Shown: piece by piece, positions 11,986 through 24,364 of the stretch
Layout of the letters: each line of letters opens with the position of its first letter
Position numbering within the stretch: position 1 is the stretch's first letter
Assembly: GCA_024137785.1 (NCBI GenBank)
Contig: JAHRHZ010000056.1
Coordinates: 18,385,013 to 18,449,012, forward strand
Source of the DNA: Ginglymostoma cirratum
Taxonomy: Eukaryota
Reading direction: 5' to 3'
Length of the DNA stretch: 64,000 nt
Program-made: the position numbers and the translations under genes
The notes under the pieces: model-generated
Database searches by the model: none
The model's input: only the letters and a program-made list of their open reading frames with translations
What the model was told of the DNA's origin: nothing

Positions 11986-12124
11986 AGTTCTGAGGAAGGG
12001 TCACCAGACCCGAAATGTTAATTCTGATTTTTTTCTTCACAGATGCGGCCAGATGTGCTGGGCTTTTCCAGCAACTTTTGTGTTTGTTCCCGATTTACAG
12101 CTTCCACAGTTCTTTCGGTTTTTT
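11986..12124 (+). mobile_element. Penelope pLTR monomer (family A)
   Basis: TSD acactaggacaag at 11973-11985 and 12125-12137; same sequence as the right arm of 4861-5098. Confidence 0.85.
11990..12020 (+). ncRNA. Minimal hammerhead-ribozyme-like core in a Penelope pLTR
   Basis: CTGAGGA-aGGGTC-acca-GACCC-GAAA-tgtta: CUGANGA, stem II, GAAA. Penelope-like elements are known to carry such motifs. Confidence 0.55.
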
Positions 12125-13366
12125 ACACTAGGACAAGTGTAGCAGTAACTGTGACCCTGTCATTTGGGGAATTTTGCTGCATACAAATTTCTATGTTAAA
12201 ACAGCGTCTACATTTTAAAAAATGTGCCCTTGGTTTTAAAGCACACTGAGATGTCCAGTGTCACATGAATGATCTATAAGAGTGCAACTCTTGCATTTCT
12301 TAAAGGTTTGAGAGAAAGATCAGCAAAAAAGAAAAGAGTGATGCCGATGGAAAGAAGTACAGTAAACTTAGAGCTGGTTTCTCGATGAAAAGTGACAGTA
12401 GCTCCTTCTCACTTTTTACTACTATATTGCTACTTTGGATGTGTTTATGATGAAACTGTACCTCATTGAAAGAAGTGCAAAGGGACAGATTCTGAGTTGT
12501 AGCAGTGATAGAGTCAGGTCAAACCCAACTGGCAATGAGTAATATGAACAGGCGAGCATGACCAGCAGGCAGGATCTCAAAAGAGGAGTTCTGTTGGCAA
12601 CAATGCCTCTCCCATGCAATGTCATCAGAATCTTAGTTCACCATCAGAAGAAGAGGCACCCCTGCTTTTTTGCCAGCGCGTTAGTTCCTCCTTTTGCACC
12701 TCCCACTCCTCCCCCACAATTCACAAAGATGATGCTGCCAGCTACAGAATTCCACATCATGATTTTAAAATTCAATGTGTATTCAAATCCCTTCACATCA
12801 TTTTCTTGCCTGCCAGCTGCACAAGTGGAATTAGTACTTCAGAACTGAGGGTGCCTTATCTGTTCACCAATTGTTAATGGTTGGTGATGGAGCAACTCTG
12901 GAATGTAGCAACAGCATTCCCCTTTCTGTCTGAAGGAGCGCAGGGATCAGATCCCTGTCCAGGCAATTCCAGTGCACAGAGACCGGAGCTCTAGCTCTCA
13001 GTTCTGAATTGACATTCAACAGGATGTTCATGTTTGTCTCTAATCCCCCGATACAGTACAGCTTGTGTGAGTCCATAAAATCCTCCTTCCATATAGGAAT
13101 AATAAACCTATCAGATGGTTACACCAATAACATGGTCAATCTGCTATAACATCCAAACACTACTCTCTTTCAAGTTAAGACAGTGAACTGATGGTGTCCT
13201 GTTCCCATTCCTGAAATTTCACTAATTCGTGCAGCAAATTGAGCTAATAGGAACCAGCTCCACCCGTTAGAAAGATTTATCGATAAAATCATATTTGTGA
13301 AGCATGTCAGCTCCTATGTCAGCTTTCAGCTTGATTCAGGATATCCTTACCACTAATTCTTCTAAT

Positions 13367-13915
13367 TTAGAGTCATAGGGATATACAGCATGGAAACAGA
13401 CCCTTAGGTCTAACTCGTCCATGTTGACCAGATATCCTATGTAAATCCAATCCCATTTGCCATCATTTGGCCCATATCCCTCGAAACCGTTCCAATTCAT
13501 ATACCCATCCAGATGCCTTTTAAATGTTGTAATTGTACCAGCCTCCACCACTTCCTCTGGCAGCTCATTCCATACATGCACCGCCCTCTGCCTAAAAAAG
13601 TTGCCCCATGTGTCCCTTTTATTCTCTCCCTTCTCACCTTAAACATATGTTTTGGACACCCCCACCCTGGGGAAAAGGCCTTGCCTATTTACCCTATCCA
13701 TACCCCTCATGATTTTATAAACTTCGAAAAGGTTACCCCTGGTTTCTGACGCTCCAGGGAAAATAACCCCAGCCTATTCAGCCTCTTCCTACAGCTCAAA
13801 CCCTAGCAACATCCTCTTGTCTGAACCCTTTCAGGTTTAACAACATTATTCCAATACCAGGGAGACCAGAAGTGCATGCAATACTCAAAGTGGCCAAACC
13901 GTTTGTTTGGTATAG
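13367..13915 (-). mobile_element. CR1/HER1 LINE 3' portion
   Basis: VWNELPEEVVEAGTITTFKRHLDGYMN. Confidence 0.9.
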
Positions 13916-14009
13916 GCTCATTAGTTCCCTGATTTAATGACATAGATGTGGAAAACCTGAACTAGGGCCATGATTTTAAAATAGACATTCATGGAAACAC
14001 CAGGAAATT

Positions 14010-14297
14010 CAGACTGATTTCTGGGCTTGGGAATGTTGTCCTGTGAGAAGAGATCAAGTAGACTAGGTTTATGTTGCCCAGTGTTTGGAAGAATGAAAGA
14101 TGGTTTCATTGTAACATGTAAAACTGTTTAAGGGACTTGATAAGGCAGATATAGAGATGATGTTTCCCACTTGGCAGATTAGAGCTTATTCAGAGTTTCA
14201 GAATGGGAGATTGGTCCTTAGGACTGACAGAAGGAAACATCTGTTCACTTAAGGGTTGTGTACCTTTTGAATTTTCTATCCCACAAGGCAGTTGTGA
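14010..14297 (+). mobile_element. Older CR1 fragment
   Basis: Degenerate EERSSRLGL..FGRMKDG..GLDKAD..MFP motif. Confidence 0.6.
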
Positions 14298-15165
14298 AGT
14301 CATACGGTCATAAAGACATACAACACGGAAATAGACCCTTCGGCCCAAGTTGTCAATGCCAACCAGCTTTTCGAAACTAAACTAGTCCCACTTGCCTGCA
14401 TTTGGCCCATATCCCTCCAAACCTTTCCTATTCATGTACCTTACCAATTGTCTTTTAAACGTTGTAACTGTAACTGCATCTATCACTTCCTCTGGCAGCT
14501 CATTCCACATACGGTCCACCATCTGTGTTAAAAATTTGTCCCTCAGTTCCCTTTTAAATCTTTCTCCTCTCACCTTAAAAATATGCCGCCTAGTTTTGAA
14601 CTCCCCCACCCTAAGACCTTTTCTATTCTCTTAATGTATGGCCCTCATGATTTTATAAACCTCTGTATAGTCACCCCTCAACCTCCTTACGTTCCGTGAA
14701 AAATGTCCCAGACTATCCAGCCTCTCCTTATAACCCAAACCCTCAAATCTCCAGCAACAATCCTGGTAAGCTTTTCGGAACCCTCTCCACTTTAATAATA
14801 TCCTTTCTATAGCAGGGTGACCAGAACTGTACACAGTACTCCAAAAGCAGCCTTGCCAATATCCTATACAACCTCAACATGACATCCCAACTCCTGTTCT
14901 CAATGGTGTGAGCAATGAAGGCAAGTAAGCTAACGATCTTATTAACCACCCTGTCTACTTGTGATCCAACTTTCAAAGAATTATGTATTAGAACTCCTAG
15001 GTCTCTCTGTTTGATAACACCATCCAGGGCCCGACCATTAAGTGTATAAGTCCTGTCCTTGTTTGTTATACCAAAATGTGATACCTTGCATTTATCCAAA
15101 TGAAACTCCACCTGCCACTCCTGAGCCTATTGGCCCAATTGATCAAGATCCCTTTGTAACCTTAG
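14298..15165 (-). mobile_element. CR1/HER1 LINE ORF2 C-terminal portion (frameshifted)
   Basis: WQVEFHLDKCKVSHFG..RDLGV..LLEYCVQFWSPCYRKDI..WNELPEEV. Confidence 0.92.
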
Positions 15166-15309
15166 CTTTATTGACTGTATGTTCAAAATAAAGGTTAATA
15201 AAATTTTGAATGCAGGAAAATAGTATTCAGCCAGAAGGCCAGCTATGATCCTATTGAATGACAGCGCAAGCTAGAAAGGTTACTCCTGCTTCCCTTCTTA
15301 TGGTCTGGA

Positions 15310-15530
15310 GACCAGACGGACTGCGGAACACATGGCCACATGAAGTGTTTGAGACAAATAGCAAAAATGCATTTAAGGGCAAACTGGAAAAGTCATTGAG
15401 GGACAAAGGAGATGAACATGATGGTGATAAGATACAACAAAGCAAGATAGGAGGAGGCTTGGATGGATCTTAAGCACTGACATGGGATGTTGGGCCATAT
15501 AGCCTGTTTCTGGGCTGTATCTTTCATGCG
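15310..15530 (+). mobile_element. Old CR1 3' end
   Basis: NTWPHEVFETNSKNAFKGKLEK; similar to 690-940. Confidence 0.5.
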
Positions 15531-17708
15531 GTTCTATCTTTATGATTGTAAGAAATCATTTTCTTCAGCTGCAGTGAAAATTTAAGTCTCCTCAATTGGA
15601 TCCATAAAGATGTAAAAATGAAGAATTCCCAAGCTTAACTTGCAAATACCTGCCAGGCAGATTCCTCGGTTTTTAATCTTTACTGTGCCATGGCCATTCC
15701 ATTATCTATGCTCATCCTGTCTGAACATTTCCTTTTCCTTTCCCTCTAGGCCTTGAGCTCTTTGGTGGGCTCTTGCATATTACTCACTTTAGTTCACACT
15801 TGCCCCACCCTGCAAACTCTGCATCATTCTGACCCACCAGAGTTAACCACAATCCTCCCTTCAGCTGTGGGAGATGTACTAGCAACATTTAAAGCCCTTT
15901 TTTTTAAATCAGCAAGGTACAATTCCTGTCTTGTAAAGTCACAGATATTCAGGAACACAACAACACATCTTATTCAAACCAAAGGAAAGAAAAATTTCAA
16001 GCAATAAAAACAATAATTGTGGACAGAACTTTGGAGAATATTCAAAATTTGGTGTATTGTCTTGTATAGCTTGAACCAGTTTGAACTTTGAATGACTCCT
16101 CTCTGCAATGGTTGTTGAATTGCTGCGTGAGTTTGGTTTGACTCAACTGTAGCTCTCTGGAGACGTAAGTCCACAATGCAAAACTTCCCTCACTTTTAGT
16201 AATTGCTGACACTTAATTTTTAAAACTCAAAGTTTAATCCTGGCTTCAGAATAATGTCTCATTCTGGGAAACATACAGAAAACAGCCACATGCTTTTGTA
16301 AAGGAAGATTTCGCTAAAATTCAGCTCCAAGCTTGGCACTGTTTGAAGTCAGGTGATGTTTTGATTAAAACTAAAGTACATTGTTCCTCAAACCCCAATG
16401 CACAATGGAAATGTACATCAGTTCTCCACAATAATAATGCAAACGTGCAAAGAGTTCTGTTAACAACTGCCTCAAAAATAACCTCGCTATCTTACCATTT
16501 TATTGGCATAGTGAAGTTTGACAAGATACATCCATTGTGAGTACAAAACAAACATCAATAACTAATAATAGACCATCATGGTACTAACATGAGGACTCCT
16601 ATGAAGGAAATAATATTGCAGAACAACAGGTCCTGAAGATTAATTTGTAACATAGATGGAACAAATGCTATGATCTAAGCAAAGCATTACTGTGAACAAC
16701 AGGTACAAGGTACAAACTAAGAATGAGAAAAAACTGTGAAATGAAACTTCTTCATCTCTACCTAACAGACTATTGAAGGAGGTAGAACAAGTAAGTTTTA
16801 GAAAGCGCTACTGTTGAAAATAGACATTAATGGAAAACAGTGAGATGTTTGAATGGTATCAAGAAAAGTTTGTCATTACTTAGCTAAAGGCCATTCCCGG
16901 ACCTGAAAAATCTTATTGAAAATTCAGTCTCAAACTATAAGGTAATCCTTTCTTTTGGATAATATAGGTAAAGTTAAAATCAATTTTATCTTGAAGCTGC
17001 ATGCGTGCTGTGATGCAGCAATCCAGAAGCTGCCATCGTCTTATTTAGTATGCATGGTTCAGTTTAAACATAGCAACTATTGCTTGTCTTTTATCATTTA
17101 GAAGACGGCTGGATAACAGCCAGCCTAACAGAATTAAAGGTTTCTCTTTCCAGAACTTCATAAACTTGCATAATAGACATGGACTTTAAAATAGATAAAT
17201 ATGAGCTTGTACGTTTTAGTAGGAACAATGGGAATGTTACATATTCCTTGAAAAATAAATATCTAAATGGCACTGAGAAGGGTTTGGGGCTACAGACACA
17301 AAATGATAAAGATGGTGATGCAGGTTAATGAACAAAAACCTGGAGTTAATTTCTAGAGTGGTAGAATTAGAAAACTGATAAGTTTGGTTAAAATCACAAA
17401 GAATTTAGTCTCCTTATTCCAAAATATGGTAGTAGCAACACCAGCAGTTTAGTGACCACTCCTAGCACCTTGTGGTATTTGCCTCTACCAGTATGTGGTA
17501 TAGGTGAAGGGTAGTTAGATGCAGTTCTCTGCCACCTTTGTCTTTGCTTTGTCTTGAGTCTATCTACTGATCAGTGGGTAGAGGTTACACCATAGTGAAC
17601 TGTCCACAGAAGAATTACTGTCCCTAGATAGCAAGAAGGTTTATTTCGTGAGTAACAAGTACAACTCCATAATTTTCAGGCATAACCATAAGCACCATAG
17701 GGAGCTGG

Positions 17709-18515
17709 TTCAGATATATCTGCTCCCTCTGAAACCTAGAGAAGAATTCCTGGTCTGCACTGATAAACCATGTGTGATATCAGTAGAGTAAATGGCAACC
17801 ATTTAAGATCAGCATTAATTCCTTCAGAATCATTACCCTTCATAATATGTTTTAGGAAAATAATACACACACTAAGAGCTTATACCNNNNNNNNNNNNNN
17901 NNNNNNNNNNNNNNNNNNNNNNNNNNNNNNNNNNNNNNNNNNNNNNNNNNNNNNNNNNNNNNNNNNNNNNNNNNNNNNNNNNNNNNNNNNNNNNNNNNNN
18001 NNNNNNNNNNNNNNNNNNNNNNNNNNNNNNNNNNNNNNNNNNNNNNNNNNNNNNNNNNNNNNNNNNNNNNNNNNNNNNNNNNNNNNNNNNNNNNNNNNNN
18101 NNNNNNNNNNNNNNNNNNNNNNNNNNNNNNNNNNNNNNNNNNNNNNNNNNNNNNNNNNNNNNNNNNNNNNNNNNNNNNNNNNNNNNNNNNNNNNNNNNNN
18201 NNNNNNNNNNNNNNNNNNNNNNNNNNNNNNNNNNNNNNNNNNNNNNNNNNNNNNNNNNNNNNNNNNNNNNNNNNNNNNNNNNNNNNTGATGCTGCTTGGC
18301 CTGCTGTGTTCATCCAGCTCCACACCTTGTTATCTCAGGTATAAGCTCTTAGTGTGTGTATTATTTTCCTAAAACATATTATGAGGGGTAATGATTCTGA
18401 AGGAATTAATGCTGATCTTAAATGGTTGCCATTTACTCTACTGATATCACACATGGTTTATCAGTGCAGACCAGGAATTCTTCTCTAAGTTTCAGAGGGA
18501 GCAGATATATCTGAA
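17709..18515. repeat. 178 bp inverted duplication enclosing a 400-N gap and a family-B Penelope arm
   Basis: 17709-17886 is the reverse complement of 18338-18515 (2 mismatches seen); N run 17887-18286; Penelope arm 18287-18337. Confidence 0.9.
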
Positions 18516-18854
18516 GTAGTCGTGAATACACTCAATAAGGAATTCACGAGAATCTTCTTTAAGCTGTGAAAGAGTTTCTAAGTTGCCTCAACAACGAGTG
18601 GTTGAGGTGAAAAGAGCAGACATGCTTCAGAAAAGTTACATGAACACATGAGGAGAAAGGGATAGAAAGATATGTTGATGTGGTGTTTGACAGACAGTAT
18701 GATGAGACATTTGTGGCAAATAAGCACTCACATCTAATTGCCAAATAGCCTGCTGCTGTGCTGTAAGTATGACATAAAACCACATAATATAATTCAAAGG
18801 GTCCTTCACAAGGTAAATATGGAATTCTTCATTCCAGCTCCTGAAAATCAACCC

Positions 18855-19060
18855 TGAAATAACTCCACAGAGGCCAGTATCCCATCACCAAGTTACCCTT
18901 TATTTACATGTGGAGAGTCCTTGACGCTGATCCAGCTCCCAGAGTATACAGGATGTCTGACAATCCTGTTTATATCTGTCAGCCAGGGGTCCCTGATTGG
19001 ACCAGATGAACATCATTAGTCAGGGAACTCATCTTCTATGATGTCCGCCTGGCTGACCTC
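18855..19060 (-). mobile_element. LTR (Gypsy-type), lacking its TG start
   Basis: Minus strand has CCAAT, TATAAA and AATAAA in order and ends ...ttatttCA; homologous to 56006-56200. Confidence 0.75.
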
Positions 19061-20215
19061 CCCGCTCTGATTTGACGATATAGGCTGGTTCTTGTTTTTT
19101 ATATAACTCTTCCTGGGGCATTTTAGCCATTGCTGTTGCTGCCAGTATGTGGACTTGAGGCAGCTAAAGAGTTCTACTAGACTTAAATTGAATAAGAGAA
19201 CTCGTAGACCGGTGTCAAGGAGAGTGCACACCCTGGAAAGTCCACCTACATCTGGTTTGGAACAGTTAAATTGCTTTGCAACATCAGAACCAATCACAAT
19301 AAATGTCTGGTTGAATTGTCACCTGGTTCTAATGAAGGCTGATACAGCACAAGCTTTTCAGTGATCGCAGTCTTTAAGAAAAGTTGCTGTGAATTCCAAT
19401 GCTTAAGTTTGCATAAGACCTCGGCCAGACTGAGAACGTATAGAGGGGAACCTTTATCGACTAAGGATACAATTTTGGTTCCAGCCTCTTATGATGCTGT
19501 TGTAGTAAAATGCTTGGGCCCAAGCTTGATGGTATGAAATTGTTTGAGAAAGATTCAACTAGATTGGCTCAATCTTTTTCAATTAGGAAATGGCTGCCTG
19601 AGTGAAGTCCTAATTAAATAGCCAGATGTTTTTTCAGGAAGGTCTAGAGTCTATCAAAGGAATCAGGGCCACTTTACATGTTGACCAGGAAGCAAGTTCA
19701 CGATTCTGCAAGGCACAACCAAGGCCATTTGCCTAACGGGCAAAAGTAAAGGCAGAAATCAGAAGGCTGGAAAGCGAAGGAATCACCAAACCAGTACAAT
19801 TTACAGAATGGGCAGCACTGCTCATACCGGTTGTGAAGCCCGACGGATGGGTTCACTTTTGTGGTGATTTTACACAAACAGTAAGCCGCTTTTCGCAGCT
19901 GGATCAATGCCCAATCCCTCACATAGAGCATTAATAAGCAAAGCTGGTGAGGTGGAGATGCATCTGAGCCAGCAATCCTTCATAAAGCTGGACATGAGCT
20001 ACATGGACTTGAAACTGTGGTCAGATGAGGATTCCCAGAAGTATGCTACAATTCATACCCATAGGAAATCTGAGATAGACACAGCGCATGTCGCCATCTC
20101 AACGCCTTTGTCACGTGAAGAAGAGAATGAATTTCTCCCAAGGTACTCCGGGCACAAGAGACGACCTACTGTGTGTTACACGCTGCCTGTATCAGAGGCA
20201 GAGTTGGAAGAACTG
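19061..20215 (+). pseudogene. Gypsy/Ty3 internal region: gag end, protease, RT N-half, fused to the post-integrase tail
   Basis: PITINVWLN..VLMKADT (protease); RFCKAQPRPFA..EIRRLESEGITKPVQFTEWAA..VVKPDG..FCGDF; FIKLDMS..DEDSQKYATIHTH; then PRYSGHKRRP. Stops and frameshifts present. Confidence 0.88.
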
Positions 20216-20219
20216 AAAT

Positions 20220-21685
20220 TTTATCCTTATTCTGTAAAGGTTTCCCGGTACAGGTTCTCAGTCTAGACAAGGTCTTGTCCTGGACATGACAGACAAGGGA
20301 AAACCAGTGCCTTGCTTCCTGGACAGGGTGGTATGATGAGGGTCTTTCTCTTGTCCCAGGGCCAGCAGTGAAGGCCATCATACCAGACCATACCAGTGTG
20401 CTCTGAGGTTTCCAAAGGGTTAGAACATGCTCAGCTGTCTGGAGGAATGTCCAGCACTATAGAAAGAAGGTCAATGCCCTTCTCCACTCTACTTGTGTAA
20501 ATGCCACAGTTATCGCTCTGATACCTCACACTCACTTTTCCCTGTTCCTGCACCCACCTCCCACCAATGGTCATGTTCTTCCACTTTCACTATTGCCTGC
20601 AAGTCTTCCCCACTCACCTCAACCCCTGACACTACTAACCCAGTGTTGTCTGCTCACTTGCTCAGGAAACCTGACCATGTGCACCAGCAGTCTCACATTT
20701 GTCTTCTGTAATACCTGCCTGGTTCTCAGTCAGTGAGGGGAACGGGCCACAGTTTGGGAAAAAGACTGTTTACGTGTGGCGTGCTGTCAAACATTTGGCT
20801 TCTCATACATTTTGAGCAGAGGATCCTGGCTCTGACCAACCTGAGCAGCTAATTGACTGTTACTATGTCCCTGGATTGGAATTGGTGGCTGCCCTTGACT
20901 TGCTGGACTGGAATCGCCTGAATAAAGGTTATCTTCCTTGATTTAGCTGAGGCTAGCTGAAGACTATGACAAGCTCCCTGGTTTTGTGTCAGTGCTAAAT
21001 GGCAAGGCAAAATTGCAGTAAAATGACCCTGGTATCTCTGACTCAAAGGGAAAATAGACAAAAAAGCAAACCAAGATAATACAAGACAGGGGTGTTATGA
21101 GCATCCAGATAGTACATTCACTCTGAGCCTATGAAAGCAAGTAAAGAGCCTTGAGATGCAGCCTAGTCCAGGCCATAACCTGGGTGCATATCCCTGAGCA
21201 CACAGTGTCCTTGCTACAGCACTCTAATGTGAGTTGCCCATGCAGCTCAAGTTGCATCATTAAAGTGCAGTAAGTGGGTCGGAGGGTTCATGGAGGCTGG
21301 CAGGTGTCAGATACCAATTTCCATGAATGTGTGGTGCATGCGGCTGGTGCCTCATGTCCAACATAAAGGTCTTTGGCTCAGGTGGCAGGTTTTAACCCCT
21401 CCCAAAACCCCTTCTGGTTCCCTTGCCAAGATTTCCCAATAGCTAGTTTGAATGGGGAGTTTGGTAAGAGTACAGCCCATGATGGGTTGGGCAGTTAACA
21501 AGATGTTTAACAAGCAATAATAGGCACCAAATGAGAACCCGCTGCTGTCTAGCAAGAATCTTGCCATGCCACTTGAGAAAAGTGTGCAAGATGATATCAA
21601 TGTCGAGTTGGGCTTCACTAAATATCTCACCCGTTTCTGTGACATACCTCGCCACTGCCCACATCACCCAGGCAAAATTCTGCTC
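20220..21685 (+). mobile_element. Non-autonomous PIF/Harbinger element with Myb/SANT relic
   Basis: 20286-20492 gives ..RPSYQT..SAVWRNVQHYRKKVNALLHS; terminus aaaattctgctc followed by TAA; 21400-21685 is the inverse homologue of 24365-24640. Confidence 0.7.
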
Positions 21686-21689
21686 TAAT

Positions 21690-21755
21690 CAGAGACAGTA
21701 AGAACTGCCGATGCTGGAGTCAGAGATAACACAGTGTGGAGCTGGAGGAACAGCT
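21690..21755 (-). mobile_element. Penelope pLTR fragment
   Basis: agaactgccgatgctggagtcagagataacacagtgtggagctggaggaac resembles the family B arm. Confidence 0.6.
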
Positions 21756-22058
21756 GCTCTACTAGCTGCTGGCACTGAGATATAATCCTTGAAGCTTTTT
21801 GAAAATACATGTATCCATCCATTATTTCTTGTCAGATCATCACTGGACAAGCTTATTGAGTACTGGCTATGGGATGAGAAAATATTTGCTGCATATTAGT
21901 CAGTGAACCTTCAAATTTATGGTGTAAATCAGTTTAAAAAGTCCTGGTCAGAAATCCATTATAATTACAATGTTATAGTTAACACTATACTCTCCACAAA
22001 TATATTATGGATCTCCCTCTCATCCCTTAATCTGGTTGTATAGGTGCCACCTTAAATT

Positions 22059-22364
22059 TCATAGAATCCCTACAGTGTGAAAGCTGGCCACCCTGCCCAC
22101 TGCATCCACACAGATCCTCTGAAGAGCATCTCACCCAGAGCCAAATCCCTACCCTATCCCTGTAACCCTACATTTCCCATGACCAATCAACTTAACTTGC
22201 ATATCTTTGGACTGTAGGAGGAAACCAGAGCACCCAGACAAAATCTATGCAGACATGGGAAGAATATGCAAACTCCACACAGAGAGTCACCCGAGGGTAG
22301 AATCAAACCTTGGTCCCTGGTGCTGTGAGGCAGCAGTGCTAACCACTGAGCCACCGTGCCACCC
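22059..22364 (-). mobile_element. HE1 (V-SINE), full length
   Basis: gggtggcacggtggctcagtggttagcactgctgcctcacagc head and gggattctatga tail on the minus strand. Confidence 0.92.
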
Positions 22365-24029
22365 CATTCTGCTTTACTAGTAGGAATTCTTTTCTCACTG
22401 ATTAGAGGCATTGAAAACTCAAACATACAATGCCCACAAATTTCCAATTGTTTAAATTAATGATGAAAATGTCATAGACAACACTACTAAACCTCAGTAA
22501 GCCTTTCCAGCAAGTTCCCTGTAATAGTGTAAACCCAAATATATGGTTCCAAGATACTGACACTGGATCTCAACATGACCGAGCCAAATTCGCACTTGAG
22601 TTGATTTAAGGATAAGGAACAAATTAGAACCTTTCTATTTGCCAACTTGGGGATACAAATATAGGAAAATGAAATGTGGAAGAAAACTAGCATGCTTATC
22701 AAGCATGCCTCAGCCTTAACACTGGATATTTCCTAAATGTTCATAAATGCCCAGATTCAGACAAAAAACAGAATATCACTCTACTAATAAGGCAGGAAAC
22801 AACTGGAAAATTCCTGGTTGACTGAACCATGCATGTGCTAACAGTTAATGTTTACAAAATGCTATTAAGACCACTCCCATATCAATGGCAAAAATGAAAT
22901 CACAACTCGTATTCACTTCGGTATGAAAAGTCTAAAAATTCAAAGTCAGTCAGCACAGAGAGGCTCAATTACTCCAGAACTCTGAAATGTTCTAAATTGT
23001 GAGGTGCCATCAGTATTTTAAATGAGAACCCACTTAGTTTTCTGGTCAAGTTTACTGCAGGCTAGGGCCCCCATTGCAATCAATATTCTGCTTCCTTAAG
23101 TCGGTATAATTCACAAAAATAAAGTAAGTCTTTTTCTAATTTATGGCACAAGTGGGGATAGTGTAACAGTTCATATTACATATTGAAACATGGAATTAAG
23201 ACCATTCAATGAGTTATACTAAAGCCCAGGAATATAGACACTCAGTCCTTTAGAACAAGTAACCTTTCTTCCAAGCACCAAACTCATGATTCCTGCACAT
23301 GTTCTGCCTTTCCCATCTCAGTCAGTCAATCCATGCTACAGGGTAAACACCACACAGATCAACTTTACATCACTTTTACAAACCACTTAGCGACTGGTTG
23401 AAGACCAAAGTTGATGGGGATCAGGTCAGGCCTCCATCACCTTAATAGATGAATGGCGTGCAGCAAGACAGCACACCTGAGGGGAAGAAAATAACAAAAA
23501 AAAACATAGTGAAAGTAAAACTTATCAAAGATAGTTTGTCTTTGAATGACGTAAGTAGATGCTACAAGAAGTCTTTGCAGAGCCTTTAATGACCAAATAC
23601 CCTCTGCAACCTTTTCTTTCAGCCTGAACATAACACATTTTGTATCCCTTACATCTATTACACAGAGACTGTGAAGCTGGGTCAAAAATGTTGAGATAAC
23701 GTGGTCTTAATCTTTTCACAATATAGCGCTAATAGTAAATCTGATAGACTTTTAGACTAAATTGGAGTCAAAAATGAAAAAAAAATTTGGAATGTCATGA
23801 AAAACCAATTGCCTGGCTTTAATCTAGACAGGATATAGAATAGAGGGTGGTGGTTTACCAGGAAGAAACCACTGAATGATGTTAGGATACATATACCTCA
23901 AATCTGCAGTTACTTACTTAGCGCTTATGGATTCCTGTCTTTCTAAGCCAGTTGTTTATCTCTCAGTAAATCACTTCTTAGAGTTTCTCTGGTTCACGTG
24001 AGGCTGACTCTCCATTGCATCATTGCTGG

Positions 24030-24320
24030 AGGTCTCTTTCAGTAAAAAGATGAAATCAAGGTCCCCTGACTGTTTAGCTGAGGATTAAGGATCTCATGGC
24101 ACAAGGGACTTGTTATTGGTATTATGACCAAAACCACTCACTTAACCAAATATCATTGGAAATAGATTAACTAATCACCCAGCTTACATTTTTTTCTGAG
24201 AATTTGACAAAGGATAGCATGATGGTTAGCAGGTCTCGGTTCACTCTAAGTGTAATTCAATAATTGCTGGACTTTGAGATATTATAATGTAGTAAGATGC
24301 AATATAAATGCAAATATCAT
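24030..24320 (+). mobile_element. Degraded DeuSINE
   Basis: ggaggtctctttcag..gatgaaatcaaggtccc..ggatctcatggcac; tail gatgcaatataaatgcaa. Confidence 0.45.
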
Positions 24321-24364
24321 TTATATTGATTATATATGAGAATTGGTAGAGAATTATGAATAAT

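Larger units (their letters stand above)
11515..12300 (+). mobile_element. DeuSINE (SacSINE1-like) with nested insertions
   Basis: ctctgagtcatgaagg...aaaatctaggc...gagtgctgtgctgt, then gccaatatttatccctcagcc, then tail ctataagagtgcaactc. Confidence 0.6.

Noticed and set aside
17770-18372. Long ORFs of 147-200 aa
   Set aside because: They are open only because they run through the N gap.
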